This document shows positions 1 to 7,889 of a DNA stretch of 64,000 nucleotides, in pieces (the stretch's first letter is position 1; every line of letters begins with the position of its first letter). The notes beneath the pieces are model-generated. The model saw nothing but the letters and a program-made list of their open reading frames with translations. It did no database searches and was not told the DNA's origin. The position numbers were made by a program, and so were the translations under genes. This DNA is from an uncultured delta proteobacterium (GTDB lineage: Bacteria > Desulfobacterota > Desulfobacteria > Desulfobacterales > B30-G6): the NCBI GenBank assembly GCA_963823335.1, contig CAWGLD010000001.1, positions 1,632,001-1,696,000 on the forward strand, read 5' to 3'.

Positions 1-110
1 CCCTGATCAGGTAAAGAAAAAAATCCTTTGCGGCCTTCGCGCCTTTGCGGTTCAAAATTATGTATAGGCCTTAATCCCAAGACGTCCAACCCAGCCAGAA
101 AATTTAAAAA

Positions 111-905
111 TTGATCGATCTCCACTGCCACATACTGCCGGGTGTCGACGACGGCCCCTCCCATGTTGAGGAGAGCCTGAGAATGGCGGAATGTGCCGTA
201 GCAGACGGCATTCACACGCTTGTGGCAACACCCCACGCCTTCAACGAAACCTATCACAATCCCTTGCCTTACATTCTCGCGCATTTCGCACACCTGAAGA
301 AAATAATTATTGAAAATCAGATCCCCTTAGATATCCGCCCTGGTGCCGAAGTTCGTGTTCACCAGAACATGGACCGGTCCGTGATGGAAGGCAAAACTGT
401 TTCCATCAACAACACCGGCCGCTACATCCTGATCGAGTTTCCCTATAACATGATACTTCCCGGGACCCGGGATGTCCTTTTTCAACTGTTTCTTAACGGC
501 ATCACGCCGGTATTGGCTCATCCGGAGCGCAACCTGGCGTTACAGCGCAACCCGGATATCCTTTCGGACCTGGTGACCATGGGCTGCCTGGTACAGCTGA
601 CCGCCATGAGCATCACCGGTGAAATAGGTCATGATGCCATGGAATATGCCCATTTTCTATTGAAGCAACGGCAAGCACATGTGATTGCCACGGATTCACA
701 CAATGCCGAAAGCCGACCGCCGATTCTGTCATCCGCTGTGGAAGCAACTGCCCGCATATTGGGCGACACGGAAGCAGCTGAAGCCATGGTCACCAAGAAT
801 CCCCGTATCATTCTAGATGGAAAGCCGTTCGATCTGGCCGAACCGGTGAAGGCACCTAAAAAACAGGGGTGGTGGGAACGGTGGTTTGGACGGAAAAATT
901 ATTAG
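111..905 (+). CDS. PHP-family tyrosine-protein phosphatase (CpsB/CapC/YwqE-like)
   Basis: MIDLHCHILPGVDDG, ATPH, AHPERN and TDSHN motifs; TTG start. Confidence 0.9.
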   Translation: MIDLHCHILPGVDDGPSHVEESLRMAECAVADGIHTLVATPHAFNETYHNPLPYILAHFAHLKKIIIENQIPLDIRPGAEVRVHQNMDRSVMEGKTVSINNTGRYILIEFPYNMILPGTRDVLFQLFLNGITPVLAHPERNLALQRNPDILSDLVTMGCLVQLTAMSITGEIGHDAMEYAHFLLKQRQAHVIATDSHNAESRPPILSSAVEATARILGDTEAAEAMVTKNPRIILDGKPFDLAEPVKAPKKQGWWERWFGRKNY

Positions 906-955
906 AAGCTATCTCAAAAAAGTTTTTTGCCCACCCTCTGTGTTCTCTCCTGCTT

Positions 956-1060
956 TATATCGCTTGTCATAATAATGTTCCGAAAACAGGATGGCGGCAT
1001 AAGGGGTTGTAGCAGAAAAAAGGTCCTCAATCGGAACGTTTTTCTGACAACCCCTATATA
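956..1060. repeat. 105-bp dispersed repeat, copy 1
   Basis: Reverse complement of 58247-58351 with about 2 mismatches; internal inverted repeat AGGGGTTGT..CAGAAAAA / TTTTTCTGACAACCCCT. Confidence 0.9.
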
Positions 1061-1061
1061 T

Positions 1062-1159
1062 AAAGCGAGGTTGCCGCAGGCCCAAGGCGTCGGGCCATGA
1101 AGCTCTAGCTTGACTGCTGCGAATGGATCGCAACGCAGTGGGCGTGAAGAGATCGCTTT
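1062..1159. repeat. Palindromic MITE-like element (CAAGGC...AACRCAG family)
   Basis: Ends AAAGCGA/TCGCTTT; internal core GAAGCtcTAG..CTGCTGCGAA shared with 58361-58487. Confidence 0.6.
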
Positions 1160-1173
1160 GTGAAGGCTGTGAG

Positions 1174-1593
1174 TCAGGCGACTTTGAGCAGTCGCAGATT
1201 TTCCTCTTCCGGATTAAACTGGAGGGCTTCACAGATGTAGTCGATGTTGTTTCGGATGGCCATGCGCCGGTGCTGTCCCACGGGGCTGCCTTCGGCAAAG
1301 GACTTGGCCATGATGGCCAGGAGTTTGACGCGCTGGAAAAAGATATGGTCTACCTCGAGCAGTTTATTGGATTCCGGGCTCGATCTGAAATTGTTGTAGT
1401 ACCCGTTCCAGTCCACACAATCCCTGACCACGGTCTCGGCATTCCTGGCAATGGCCTTTAGCCGGTGTTCTCCCATGGGATAGTTTCCCGTGAACGCTTT
1501 GGCCATGATAACCAGGAGTCTGAGTCTGGAAAGAAAGACATGATAGTGCTGGACTTGTTTCATGCTTTGACGGGCCGAGCCGAGTCTCTTCAT
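1174..1593 (-). CDS. Hypothetical protein with an internal tandem duplication
   Basis: Two similar segments of about 36 aa; overlaps no other credible gene. Confidence 0.75.
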   Translation of the reverse strand: MKRLGSARQSMKQVQHYHVFLSRLRLLVIMAKAFTGNYPMGEHRLKAIARNAETVVRDCVDWNGYYNNFRSSPESNKLLEVDHIFFQRVKLLAIMAKSFAEGSPVGQHRRMAIRNNIDYICEALQFNPEEENLRLLKVA

Positions 1594-1686
1594 CGTAGAT
1601 TCCGGGGGATTGATCCTGTTGAGGTTGAAGACGGAGTTACTATAAAATAAATGCTTGAAACTGTCAAAGGGTAAAAATAAAATCCT

Positions 1687-3192
1687 TCATTTTTTTGAGA
1701 AAATGGTTTCAGCCTTGAGGTAGTGACTGCCGATATCCCTGCGCAGATCCAGTCTGTTTCCCTGAGAATTTTCCCGGGGGATGACCCGTATTTTGCCATT
1801 GTCGAACGCTGCCAGCAGTTTTTTGCGCAGCCTGTCCGCGATGACGCCGCGGGTCTCATTTTCCTTGATGGTGGCATTTGCGTTGAGAAAGGCCACCCGG
1901 GTGCCATCGGACTTGAAGATCTCTTGTTCATCTATCCAGGTCATTGCCGAAGGAATCATCTGGATCCCTTTTCGTTTCAAATATTTGGTGTCGATTTCAA
2001 GCGGCTCGCCCTTGGTGCAGGACCAGGGGTAGCCCTTCTGGCCGTCAGGACCGCCCGGGCCCGTCATCAATGCCACGCACAGAGAGACCTGATCCTGTCT
2101 GACTTCCGGGACTACGGTGTCCAGGTTGCCTGAAAGCGTTGCCTGGATAAGGGCGCCCAGGTTTCTGAGACGCCGCGCCACGGGTTGGACTTCGGGCTCA
2201 CCCGGTCGGATGTTGATTTCGCTGACACGAATACGCAGGGGGTTCATGGCGGCGTCAAAAGAAACAAAGCAGCCGGGGTATAGAATGGAAGGTCTCAGGA
2301 GCCCTTTTTGCTTCATGTTGCGAATAAGGGGTTCGGCAATGGTGCTGCCTGCCATTTCCAGCAACGCCGGTGTTTCCATGGGGTGTGGGGAAACAGCGCC
2401 GGTTCCGCCGGTGATTGGGTTGCTTTTGCTGGCCGGTCCCTCGAATCGTTCGGGGTAGTCCATGGCCGTGGGCAATATCTGGTAGTGTCCGTGACGATCC
2501 ACAAGTATGGTAAAGCTGATTTCAACCCCTGACATGAGCGATTCGATCAAAAGGGGCCAGACATTTTTTTTGCCAAAGAGCTTGCGGTAGTTGTCTTTGT
2601 AGTCATTGATGAGGGTATCGTAAACTTCCCGTATTTCCCATGAGTTCAGAATGATCCGGGCGCCTTTCCCGCCGGCGGAATAGGGATATTTCAGGACGGC
2701 GCCGCCGAACTGTTGAATATAGGTCAGACAGGTCTCCAGAATGGCGCCGTAATCCTTCGCATCGGTGCTGGTCCAGGCATCGGCCATGGGGATGCCGGCT
2801 TCCCTGCACAGGTTTTTACAGGCGATCTTGTCGCCTTCGATGAAAGCAGCAGCGGCATTCAGCCCGAGGATCCTTTCCCCAAAACCTTCTTTTTCCACGG
2901 CATCCACCAGGCCGTCAAAGAGGAGTGCTTCGGGCATGGGCACGACATAGTCCACCACACCCTGCTTCAGGGCTTCGACAATGGCCGCGGCATACCCTTC
3001 CACAGAATTGTCTTTTGTGGGGATGAAAGCAACCGGCCAGTTCATAAGTTCCACAAATTTAGGCATGGCGGGCGTACCCCTGAAAACCATGCCACGGTAA
3101 TCATCGTCACTAAAATCACTGGTGGCCGTGGACACGACAAAGGCCCATAACAAGGTCCTGCCGTCAGTTCCGGCAAAGGCAATTTTTTTCAT
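1687..3192 (-). CDS. purD: Phosphoribosylamine-glycine ligase (divergent PurD-like ATP-grasp)
   Basis: AAFIEGDKIACK, AGGKG, NPITGGTGAVSP, EINIRPGEPE and GYP motifs match the PurD pattern; purE nearby. Confidence 0.75.
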   Translation of the reverse strand: MKKIAFAGTDGRTLLWAFVVSTATSDFSDDDYRGMVFRGTPAMPKFVELMNWPVAFIPTKDNSVEGYAAAIVEALKQGVVDYVVPMPEALLFDGLVDAVEKEGFGERILGLNAAAAFIEGDKIACKNLCREAGIPMADAWTSTDAKDYGAILETCLTYIQQFGGAVLKYPYSAGGKGARIILNSWEIREVYDTLINDYKDNYRKLFGKKNVWPLLIESLMSGVEISFTILVDRHGHYQILPTAMDYPERFEGPASKSNPITGGTGAVSPHPMETPALLEMAGSTIAEPLIRNMKQKGLLRPSILYPGCFVSFDAAMNPLRIRVSEINIRPGEPEVQPVARRLRNLGALIQATLSGNLDTVVPEVRQDQVSLCVALMTGPGGPDGQKGYPWSCTKGEPLEIDTKYLKRKGIQMIPSAMTWIDEQEIFKSDGTRVAFLNANATIKENETRGVIADRLRKKLLAAFDNGKIRVIPRENSQGNRLDLRRDIGSHYLKAETIFSKK

Positions 3193-3206
3193 TTATTTCT
3201 CTTTGA

Positions 3207-3252
3207 GTAGCAGTAAGCTTTAAGCGATAAGCAATAAGCGGCTTACAGCTTG
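3207..3252. repeat. Heptamer (NNTAAGC-type) repeat tract
   Basis: gtagcagtaagctttaagcgataagcaataagcggcttacagct. Confidence 0.7.
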
Positions 3253-3310
3253 ATTAATATTTACCTCGACATATCAAGTGATGCTGACAGGGTCAAATGA
3301 TAATTGGGTA

Positions 3311-3353
3311 AAAGCGACATTGTCGCGCCGATAAAATCGTTTTACGATTTTAT
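3311..3353. repeat. REP-like double hairpin
   Basis: GCGAC-ATT-GTCGC followed by ATAAAATCGT-TTT-ACGATTTTAT. Confidence 0.7.
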
Positions 3354-3389
3354 GTTGAAATCAAATCCGGGATTGTAATATACAAAGAC

Positions 3390-3800
3390 ATGTTCACAGG
3401 TTTTGAAAAAATCGTGGAGGAACGGATTCGCAAGGCACAGCAGGACGGCGCTTTTGACAACCTTCCCGGCTCGGGAAAACCGTTACCCCGTGAAGACATG
3501 GATATACCGGAGGATATCCGGCTGGCATACAAGGTGCTGAAAAATGCCGACTTTATTCCCCCTGAGCTCGAACTGCGCAAAGAGATTCGCAGTACCCGGG
3601 AGCTTTTGTCCGGTATGCCGGAGACCGCTGAGAAATATAAGACACTCAAAAAATTGAATCTACTTGTCATGAAACTGAATGCGATGCGAAGCGCACACAT
3701 ACAGTTCGATGTTCCACAGCAGTACCTGGGCCCTGTAACAGAGCGCTTGGAAAAAGGCCTTTCTTCAGACGACACTACCATCGATGCTAAAAAAAAATAA
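3390..3800 (+). CDS. DUF1992 domain protein
   Basis: IVEERIRKAQQDGAFDNLPGSGKPL...AYKVLKNADFIPPE signature. Confidence 0.85.
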   Translation: MFTGFEKIVEERIRKAQQDGAFDNLPGSGKPLPREDMDIPEDIRLAYKVLKNADFIPPELELRKEIRSTRELLSGMPETAEKYKTLKKLNLLVMKLNAMRSAHIQFDVPQQYLGPVTERLEKGLSSDDTTIDAKKK

Positions 3801-4293
3801 ACCAGCGAGCAACCAGGGGGATGGTCTTTTCAGGTCTGTGATGCTGGCGTATACCGTTCTGGTCCTGCATGTCGTGCTGATGCTGGGCCTGGGGCTCCTG
3901 GTCATCTTTTTTCACGGTGTCATTCAGTATATACTCTGGATTTTTCTGTTTGGGACGGCAGTTGTTGTCGTCTCTGGTTTCTATTTCTACCGACGCATGA
4001 AGACCGAGGGAAAAACCTTGAAGGAGATGCTCTCATCCTCGATGTTTGCAGGTCGACCGGTGGAGGTGAGTTTTCTGGGGGGCATGGCCTCGCTCAGGGT
4101 TGGCACGCCTGGATCTCCAAGCGGTCTCGAAACAAGACAGGTGAATCCAACCTATCAACTGGAGGACTTCAAAACCAGTCAACTCCGGGATTTAACCCAA
4201 CTGGCCCGTCTTCTGGAGGACGACCTGATTACTCGGGATGAATACGACGAGGCCAAGAAAAGACTTTTTAAGCAAACGGAGGGAATGCCATGA
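3784..4293 (+). CDS. Membrane protein with C-terminal SHOCT domain
   Basis: Two N-terminal TM segments; LTQLARLLEDDLITRDEYDEAKKRL. Confidence 0.8.
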   Translation: MLKKNKPASNQGDGLFRSVMLAYTVLVLHVVLMLGLGLLVIFFHGVIQYILWIFLFGTAVVVVSGFYFYRRMKTEGKTLKEMLSSSMFAGRPVEVSFLGGMASLRVGTPGSPSGLETRQVNPTYQLEDFKTSQLRDLTQLARLLEDDLITRDEYDEAKKRLFKQTEGMP

Positions 4294-5240
4294 AAAAAAT
4301 CAATCTTGCACTCCTGTCCGGTGGTATTTCATCGGAACGCGAAGTTTCTCTGAACAGTGGGGATCAGGTCTTCGATGCCCTGAACAAGGAAAAGTACGCC
4401 ATTGTCCGTTATGACCCGAAAACAGATCTGCCCCGACTGATATCGGATGCACCCCGGATCGATGCAGCCCTGATCATTCTTCACGGGCCTTATGGGGAAG
4501 ACGGGACGATTCAGGGTTTGCTGGAACTTCTTCATATCCCCTATCAGGGATCAGGTGTCCTGGGCAGTTCTGTGGCCATGAACAAACTGGCGGCAAAACA
4601 GATGTATGAACTGGCAGGTCTGCCAACGCCGCCTTATGTGGTTTTGAAACAGGGGGACCGGATCGATATCCAGGACTGTGAGGAAAGGTTCGGGCTACCC
4701 TTTGTGGTAAAGCCACTCGAGGCCGGTTCGAGTGTGGGAATGACGATTGTCAAATCCGTGTCGGAAATTGAGACAGCAGCGCAAAAAGCCTTTGAGCACG
4801 GAGATACCATACTGATGGAAAACTTCGTGAAAGGCATCGAGATAACGGTGGGTGTCATCGGCAATCAGACATTGGAGGCTTTGCCGATTATTGAGATCGT
4901 TCCCGGGGAGGCATATGCGTTTTTTGACTACGAGGCCAAATACACACCAGGTGCGACACGGGAAATCTGCCCGGCCCGTATCAGCGACGCCATGACCGAA
5001 AAAGCGCAGACCTATGCCAAAATGGCCCATGAGGCTCTGTTCTGCGAAGGTTACAGCCGTACAGACATGATCATGCAGGCAGACGAAATTTATGTTCTTG
5101 AAACCAACACCATCCCCGGTATGACCGCCACGAGCCTTTTACCTCAATCCGCTGTTGCAGCCGGGATCAGCTTTTCGGAGCTCCTCGATCGATTAATCGA
5201 GCTGGGTATGGAGAGGCATCAATTGAAACGGAATCTCTAA
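4290..5240 (+). CDS. ddl: D-alanine-D-alanine ligase
   Basis: GGISSEREVSL, LHGPYGEDGTIQG, GSSVG, FDYEAKY, ETNTIPGMT. Confidence 0.97.
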   Translation: MKKINLALLSGGISSEREVSLNSGDQVFDALNKEKYAIVRYDPKTDLPRLISDAPRIDAALIILHGPYGEDGTIQGLLELLHIPYQGSGVLGSSVAMNKLAAKQMYELAGLPTPPYVVLKQGDRIDIQDCEERFGLPFVVKPLEAGSSVGMTIVKSVSEIETAAQKAFEHGDTILMENFVKGIEITVGVIGNQTLEALPIIEIVPGEAYAFFDYEAKYTPGATREICPARISDAMTEKAQTYAKMAHEALFCEGYSRTDMIMQADEIYVLETNTIPGMTATSLLPQSAVAAGISFSELLDRLIELGMERHQLKRNL

Positions 5241-5388
5241 CCGGGTAGTTGCTTCCATGTGTCATTGAAAGTACACATGAATGTATTCCCCTGAAGCGTG
5301 CTCAATTTCGGTTTCAATAAGCACCAACAACCAAACACCAAATACAACATCATATTATCATTGATAAAACAGGAAGGAACACATTTTC

Positions 5389-5901
5389 ATGAGATTCAAA
5401 AAATTTGAGAACAGCGCAGCCGTTGGTATTGTCATGGGGAGTGACTCGGATCTGGGCGTCATGAAGGAAACGACCCGTATTCTAAAACAGTTTGAGGTAC
5501 CATATGAGATAACCGTGGCATCCGCCCATCGGAGCCCGGCTCGGGCGGCCGAATTTGCTACGACGGCACGGGAACGCGGTATCCGGGTGGTCATTGCCGG
5601 GGCGGGACATGCCGCGCATCTGGCAGGTGCCATGGCTGCCCACACATCCCTGCCCGTCATAGGTGTGCCCATTGATTCGTCCTGTCTTCAGGGTTTCGAT
5701 GCGCTCCTGTCCACCGTGCAGATGCCCCCTGGAATTCCAGTGGCCACTGTATCCATCGGCAAATCGGGCGCCAGAAACGCCGGTATTCTTGCCGTGCAGA
5801 TACTGGCGCTGTCCGATACGGTTCTCGAAGCGAAACTGACGGACTTCAAAAAGGACATGGCCGAAAAAGTGGTTCAGAAAGCCGATGCCCTGGAAGCATA
5901 A
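5389..5901 (+). CDS. purE: N5-CAIR mutase
   Basis: MGSDSD, SAHRSP, AGHAAHLAG, VQMPPGIPVATV. Confidence 0.97.
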   Translation: MRFKKFENSAAVGIVMGSDSDLGVMKETTRILKQFEVPYEITVASAHRSPARAAEFATTARERGIRVVIAGAGHAAHLAGAMAAHTSLPVIGVPIDSSCLQGFDALLSTVQMPPGIPVATVSIGKSGARNAGILAVQILALSDTVLEAKLTDFKKDMAEKVVQKADALEA

Positions 5902-5902
5902 G

Positions 5903-6529
5903 ATGGTGCACTGGCATGTTTCTTCCATGGCACCCGACCCGAATACGATACATGCCGCTGTTCAGGTGATCCGCCAAGGGGGGGTTATTGCATTTCCCAC
6001 CAGCACCCTGTATGGGCTGGGGGCGGACGCGAAAAATTCCCATGCTGTGGAGAAAATTTTTGACATCAAGGGACGTCAGCCCCAGCACCCGCTCCTGGTT
6101 TTGATCAGGGACAGAACATGTTTGTCCGAACTCGTTCGGGAAATACCCCCCAAAGCCGTTTTGCTGATGGAGGCGTTCTGGCCGGGGGGCATTACGGTGG
6201 TGCTTCATGCCAGGGAACGGATTTCCGGCAGACTGACAGGCAACACCGGGAAAATTGGTGTGCGGGTACCGAAACATCCCGTGGCGGTCGCTATCCTTGC
6301 CCAACTGGAAGGACCCATGACCGGGACGAGTGCCAATCTGTCGGGCAGGGGGGGCTGTTCTGATATTGCTTGTCTGCAGGAACAATTGTCAGTCCAACTC
6401 GATGGGGTGGTAGATGCCGGTCCATTGAAAGGGGGCAGAGGCTCAACGGTCATTGACCTGACCGTCGATCCACCGTGTATTCTCAGAGAAGGTACGATTT
6501 CAGGACATCAGATACAGTCCGTGCTTTGA
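5903..6529 (+). CDS. tsaC: L-threonylcarbamoyladenylate synthase (Sua5/TsaC)
   Basis: FPTSTLYGL, IKGR, FWPG, TSANLSG, STVID; start uncertain (5903 or 5927). Confidence 0.9.
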   Translation: MVHWHVSSMAPDPNTIHAAVQVIRQGGVIAFPTSTLYGLGADAKNSHAVEKIFDIKGRQPQHPLLVLIRDRTCLSELVREIPPKAVLLMEAFWPGGITVVLHARERISGRLTGNTGKIGVRVPKHPVAVAILAQLEGPMTGTSANLSGRGGCSDIACLQEQLSVQLDGVVDAGPLKGGRGSTVIDLTVDPPCILREGTISGHQIQSVL

Positions 6530-6657
6530 AGTCATCGAGTGATCGGGGATAGCTATTTCAGCCCCCTGAAACAAAACCCGAAATAGCTTTATTGAGGGAG
6601 CGACAAGGCGGGGTTTCACAAAATCGTTCCTTCGATTTCATTCGTGCGACGATTTTA

Positions 6658-6686
6658 TTGACAAGCGCACAGGATTTCACTATAAA
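6658..6686 (+). promoter_or_regulatory. Sigma70 promoter of tRNA-Leu
   Basis: TTGACA-17bp-TATAAA just upstream of the tRNA. Confidence 0.8.
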
Positions 6687-6697
6687 CCCATCCACAT

Positions 6698-6784
6698 GCC
6701 GGAGTGGTGAAATTGGTAGACGCAGAGGACTCAAAATCCTCCGACCTTACGGTCATCCGAGTTCGATTCTCGGCTCCGGCACCA
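6698..6784 (+). tRNA. tRNA-Leu(CAA)
   Basis: 87-nt cloverleaf GCCGGAG.../CTCCGGC-ACCA; anticodon stem GAGGA/TCCTC with loop CTCAAAA; long variable arm; GTTCGA; encoded CCA. Confidence 0.97.
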
Positions 6785-6790
6785 CTGGTA

Positions 6791-6833
6791 ATAAGGGTCT
6801 GACAGCATTGTATCTTGTCAGACCCTTTATTAT
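6791..6833 (+). terminator. Intrinsic terminator after tRNA-Leu
   Basis: AAGGGTCTGACA...TGTCAGACCCTT followed by an AT-rich tail. Confidence 0.75.
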
Positions 6834-6875
6834 TATGACAACCGCTATAAATATTAATGGTTTTTATGAATAAAA

Positions 6876-6927
6876 GTAGCATATATTGATTAAATTACTT
6901 GACACTATACAACATATAGTGTAATAA
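6876..6927 (+). promoter_or_regulatory. Sigma70 promoter with tandem NrdR-like boxes
   Basis: TTGACA(6899)-17bp-TAATAA(6922); boxes ATACAACATATAGTGT (6907-6922) and GTAGCATATATTGATT (6876-6891), 31 bp apart. Confidence 0.65.
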
Positions 6928-6933
6928 GAATCC

Positions 6934-7060
6934 TTAACTTGAGGGTTTTGCCTTTTTTCGCCCTCTTACACCTCCTTTCTTTTTTGTGGCCCTTGTAGGA
7001 TGTAACAGGGGCCACACTATTTCAAAGGGTTGGCCAACATGTTGGTCAGCCCTTTTTTCT
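6934..7060 (+). ncRNA. Candidate small RNA with exposed anti-SD tract
   Basis: Three hairpins (6941-6965, 6985-7016, 7024-7055 plus T-tract) with single-stranded ACACCTCCTTTCT, directly after a promoter. Confidence 0.5.
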
Positions 7061-7263
7061 TGGAATCCGTGATGCACCGGTAACGAAACCAGACAGGAGA
7101 ACACTGGGGGCTCGCGATCGCATTTGACGGATTTACCTTTTTGTGTTGTTTGAAAGGAAAATGATATATATAGCATACACTGCATTGTCTTCAGATGCTG
7201 TGATTGTGGTGAGAGAGCTTCTATCGTGATAACATTTGTCAACTCTGGTAAAGCAAATTATTT

Positions 7264-7830
7264 ATGGAAAAAAAAAGATATCTGAATGCCCAGGAGTTAT
7301 TGGATGATTCCTTTGAGCTCGGAATAAAAATATTCAAAAGCGGATTCAGACCCAGTTTTATTATCGGTGTCTGGCGCGGCGGAACGCCGGCGGCAATTGC
7401 AGTTCAGGAAATACTGGACTACCTAGGGGTTCAAACCGATCATATTGCCATTCGGACCTCCTCATATTATGGGATCGATAAAAGAAACAAAGAAATCCGT
7501 GTTCACGGGTTGGAGTATGTCGTTCGGCACGCCAACTGGGATGACGGACTGCTAATCATAGATGATGTATTCGATTCCGGCAGCAGCATTAAAGCCATCG
7601 GCGAGACGCTTCGCAGGAAGATGCGGCGTAACATTCCCAAGGACATTCGCATTGCCACCGTGTGGTTTAAGCCAAAAAGAAATATTACGGAAATCGTACC
7701 TGACTATTATATTCACGAAACCGACCAGTGGCTGGTTTTCCCTCACGAACTGGATGGCCTCAGCCGTGACGAGATATTCGCCAATAAACCGGGGTTGAAA
7801 AAGATGATCGAAGATGCGGGCTTAACCTGA
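7264..7830 (+). CDS. Type I phosphoribosyltransferase (purine salvage, HGPRT/XGPRT-like)
   Basis: GVWRGG, PRPP-binding LIIDDVFDSGSS, WLVFPHE. Confidence 0.9.
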   Translation: MEKKRYLNAQELLDDSFELGIKIFKSGFRPSFIIGVWRGGTPAAIAVQEILDYLGVQTDHIAIRTSSYYGIDKRNKEIRVHGLEYVVRHANWDDGLLIIDDVFDSGSSIKAIGETLRRKMRRNIPKDIRIATVWFKPKRNITEIVPDYYIHETDQWLVFPHELDGLSRDEIFANKPGLKKMIEDAGLT

Positions 7831-7889
7831 GATCTAAGATGAGTAGTCGCTCAACTTAGGCGAGATCGTCATAACCAAGGAATGCGCAT

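Noticed and set aside
23-56. CTTTGCG-type nonamer repeats at the window start
   Set aside because: Too short and cut by the window edge; the opposite arm cannot be seen
903-920. TAGAAGCTATCTCAAAAA, similar to the left end of the 33327 element
   Set aside because: Only one end is present with no partner or internal hairpin; at most a relic
6934-7242. 102-aa minus-strand ORF, or a type I toxin opposite the candidate sRNA
   Set aside because: No recognisable motif or hydrophobic helix, and the AGGAGGT on that strand has no start codon at a suitable distance
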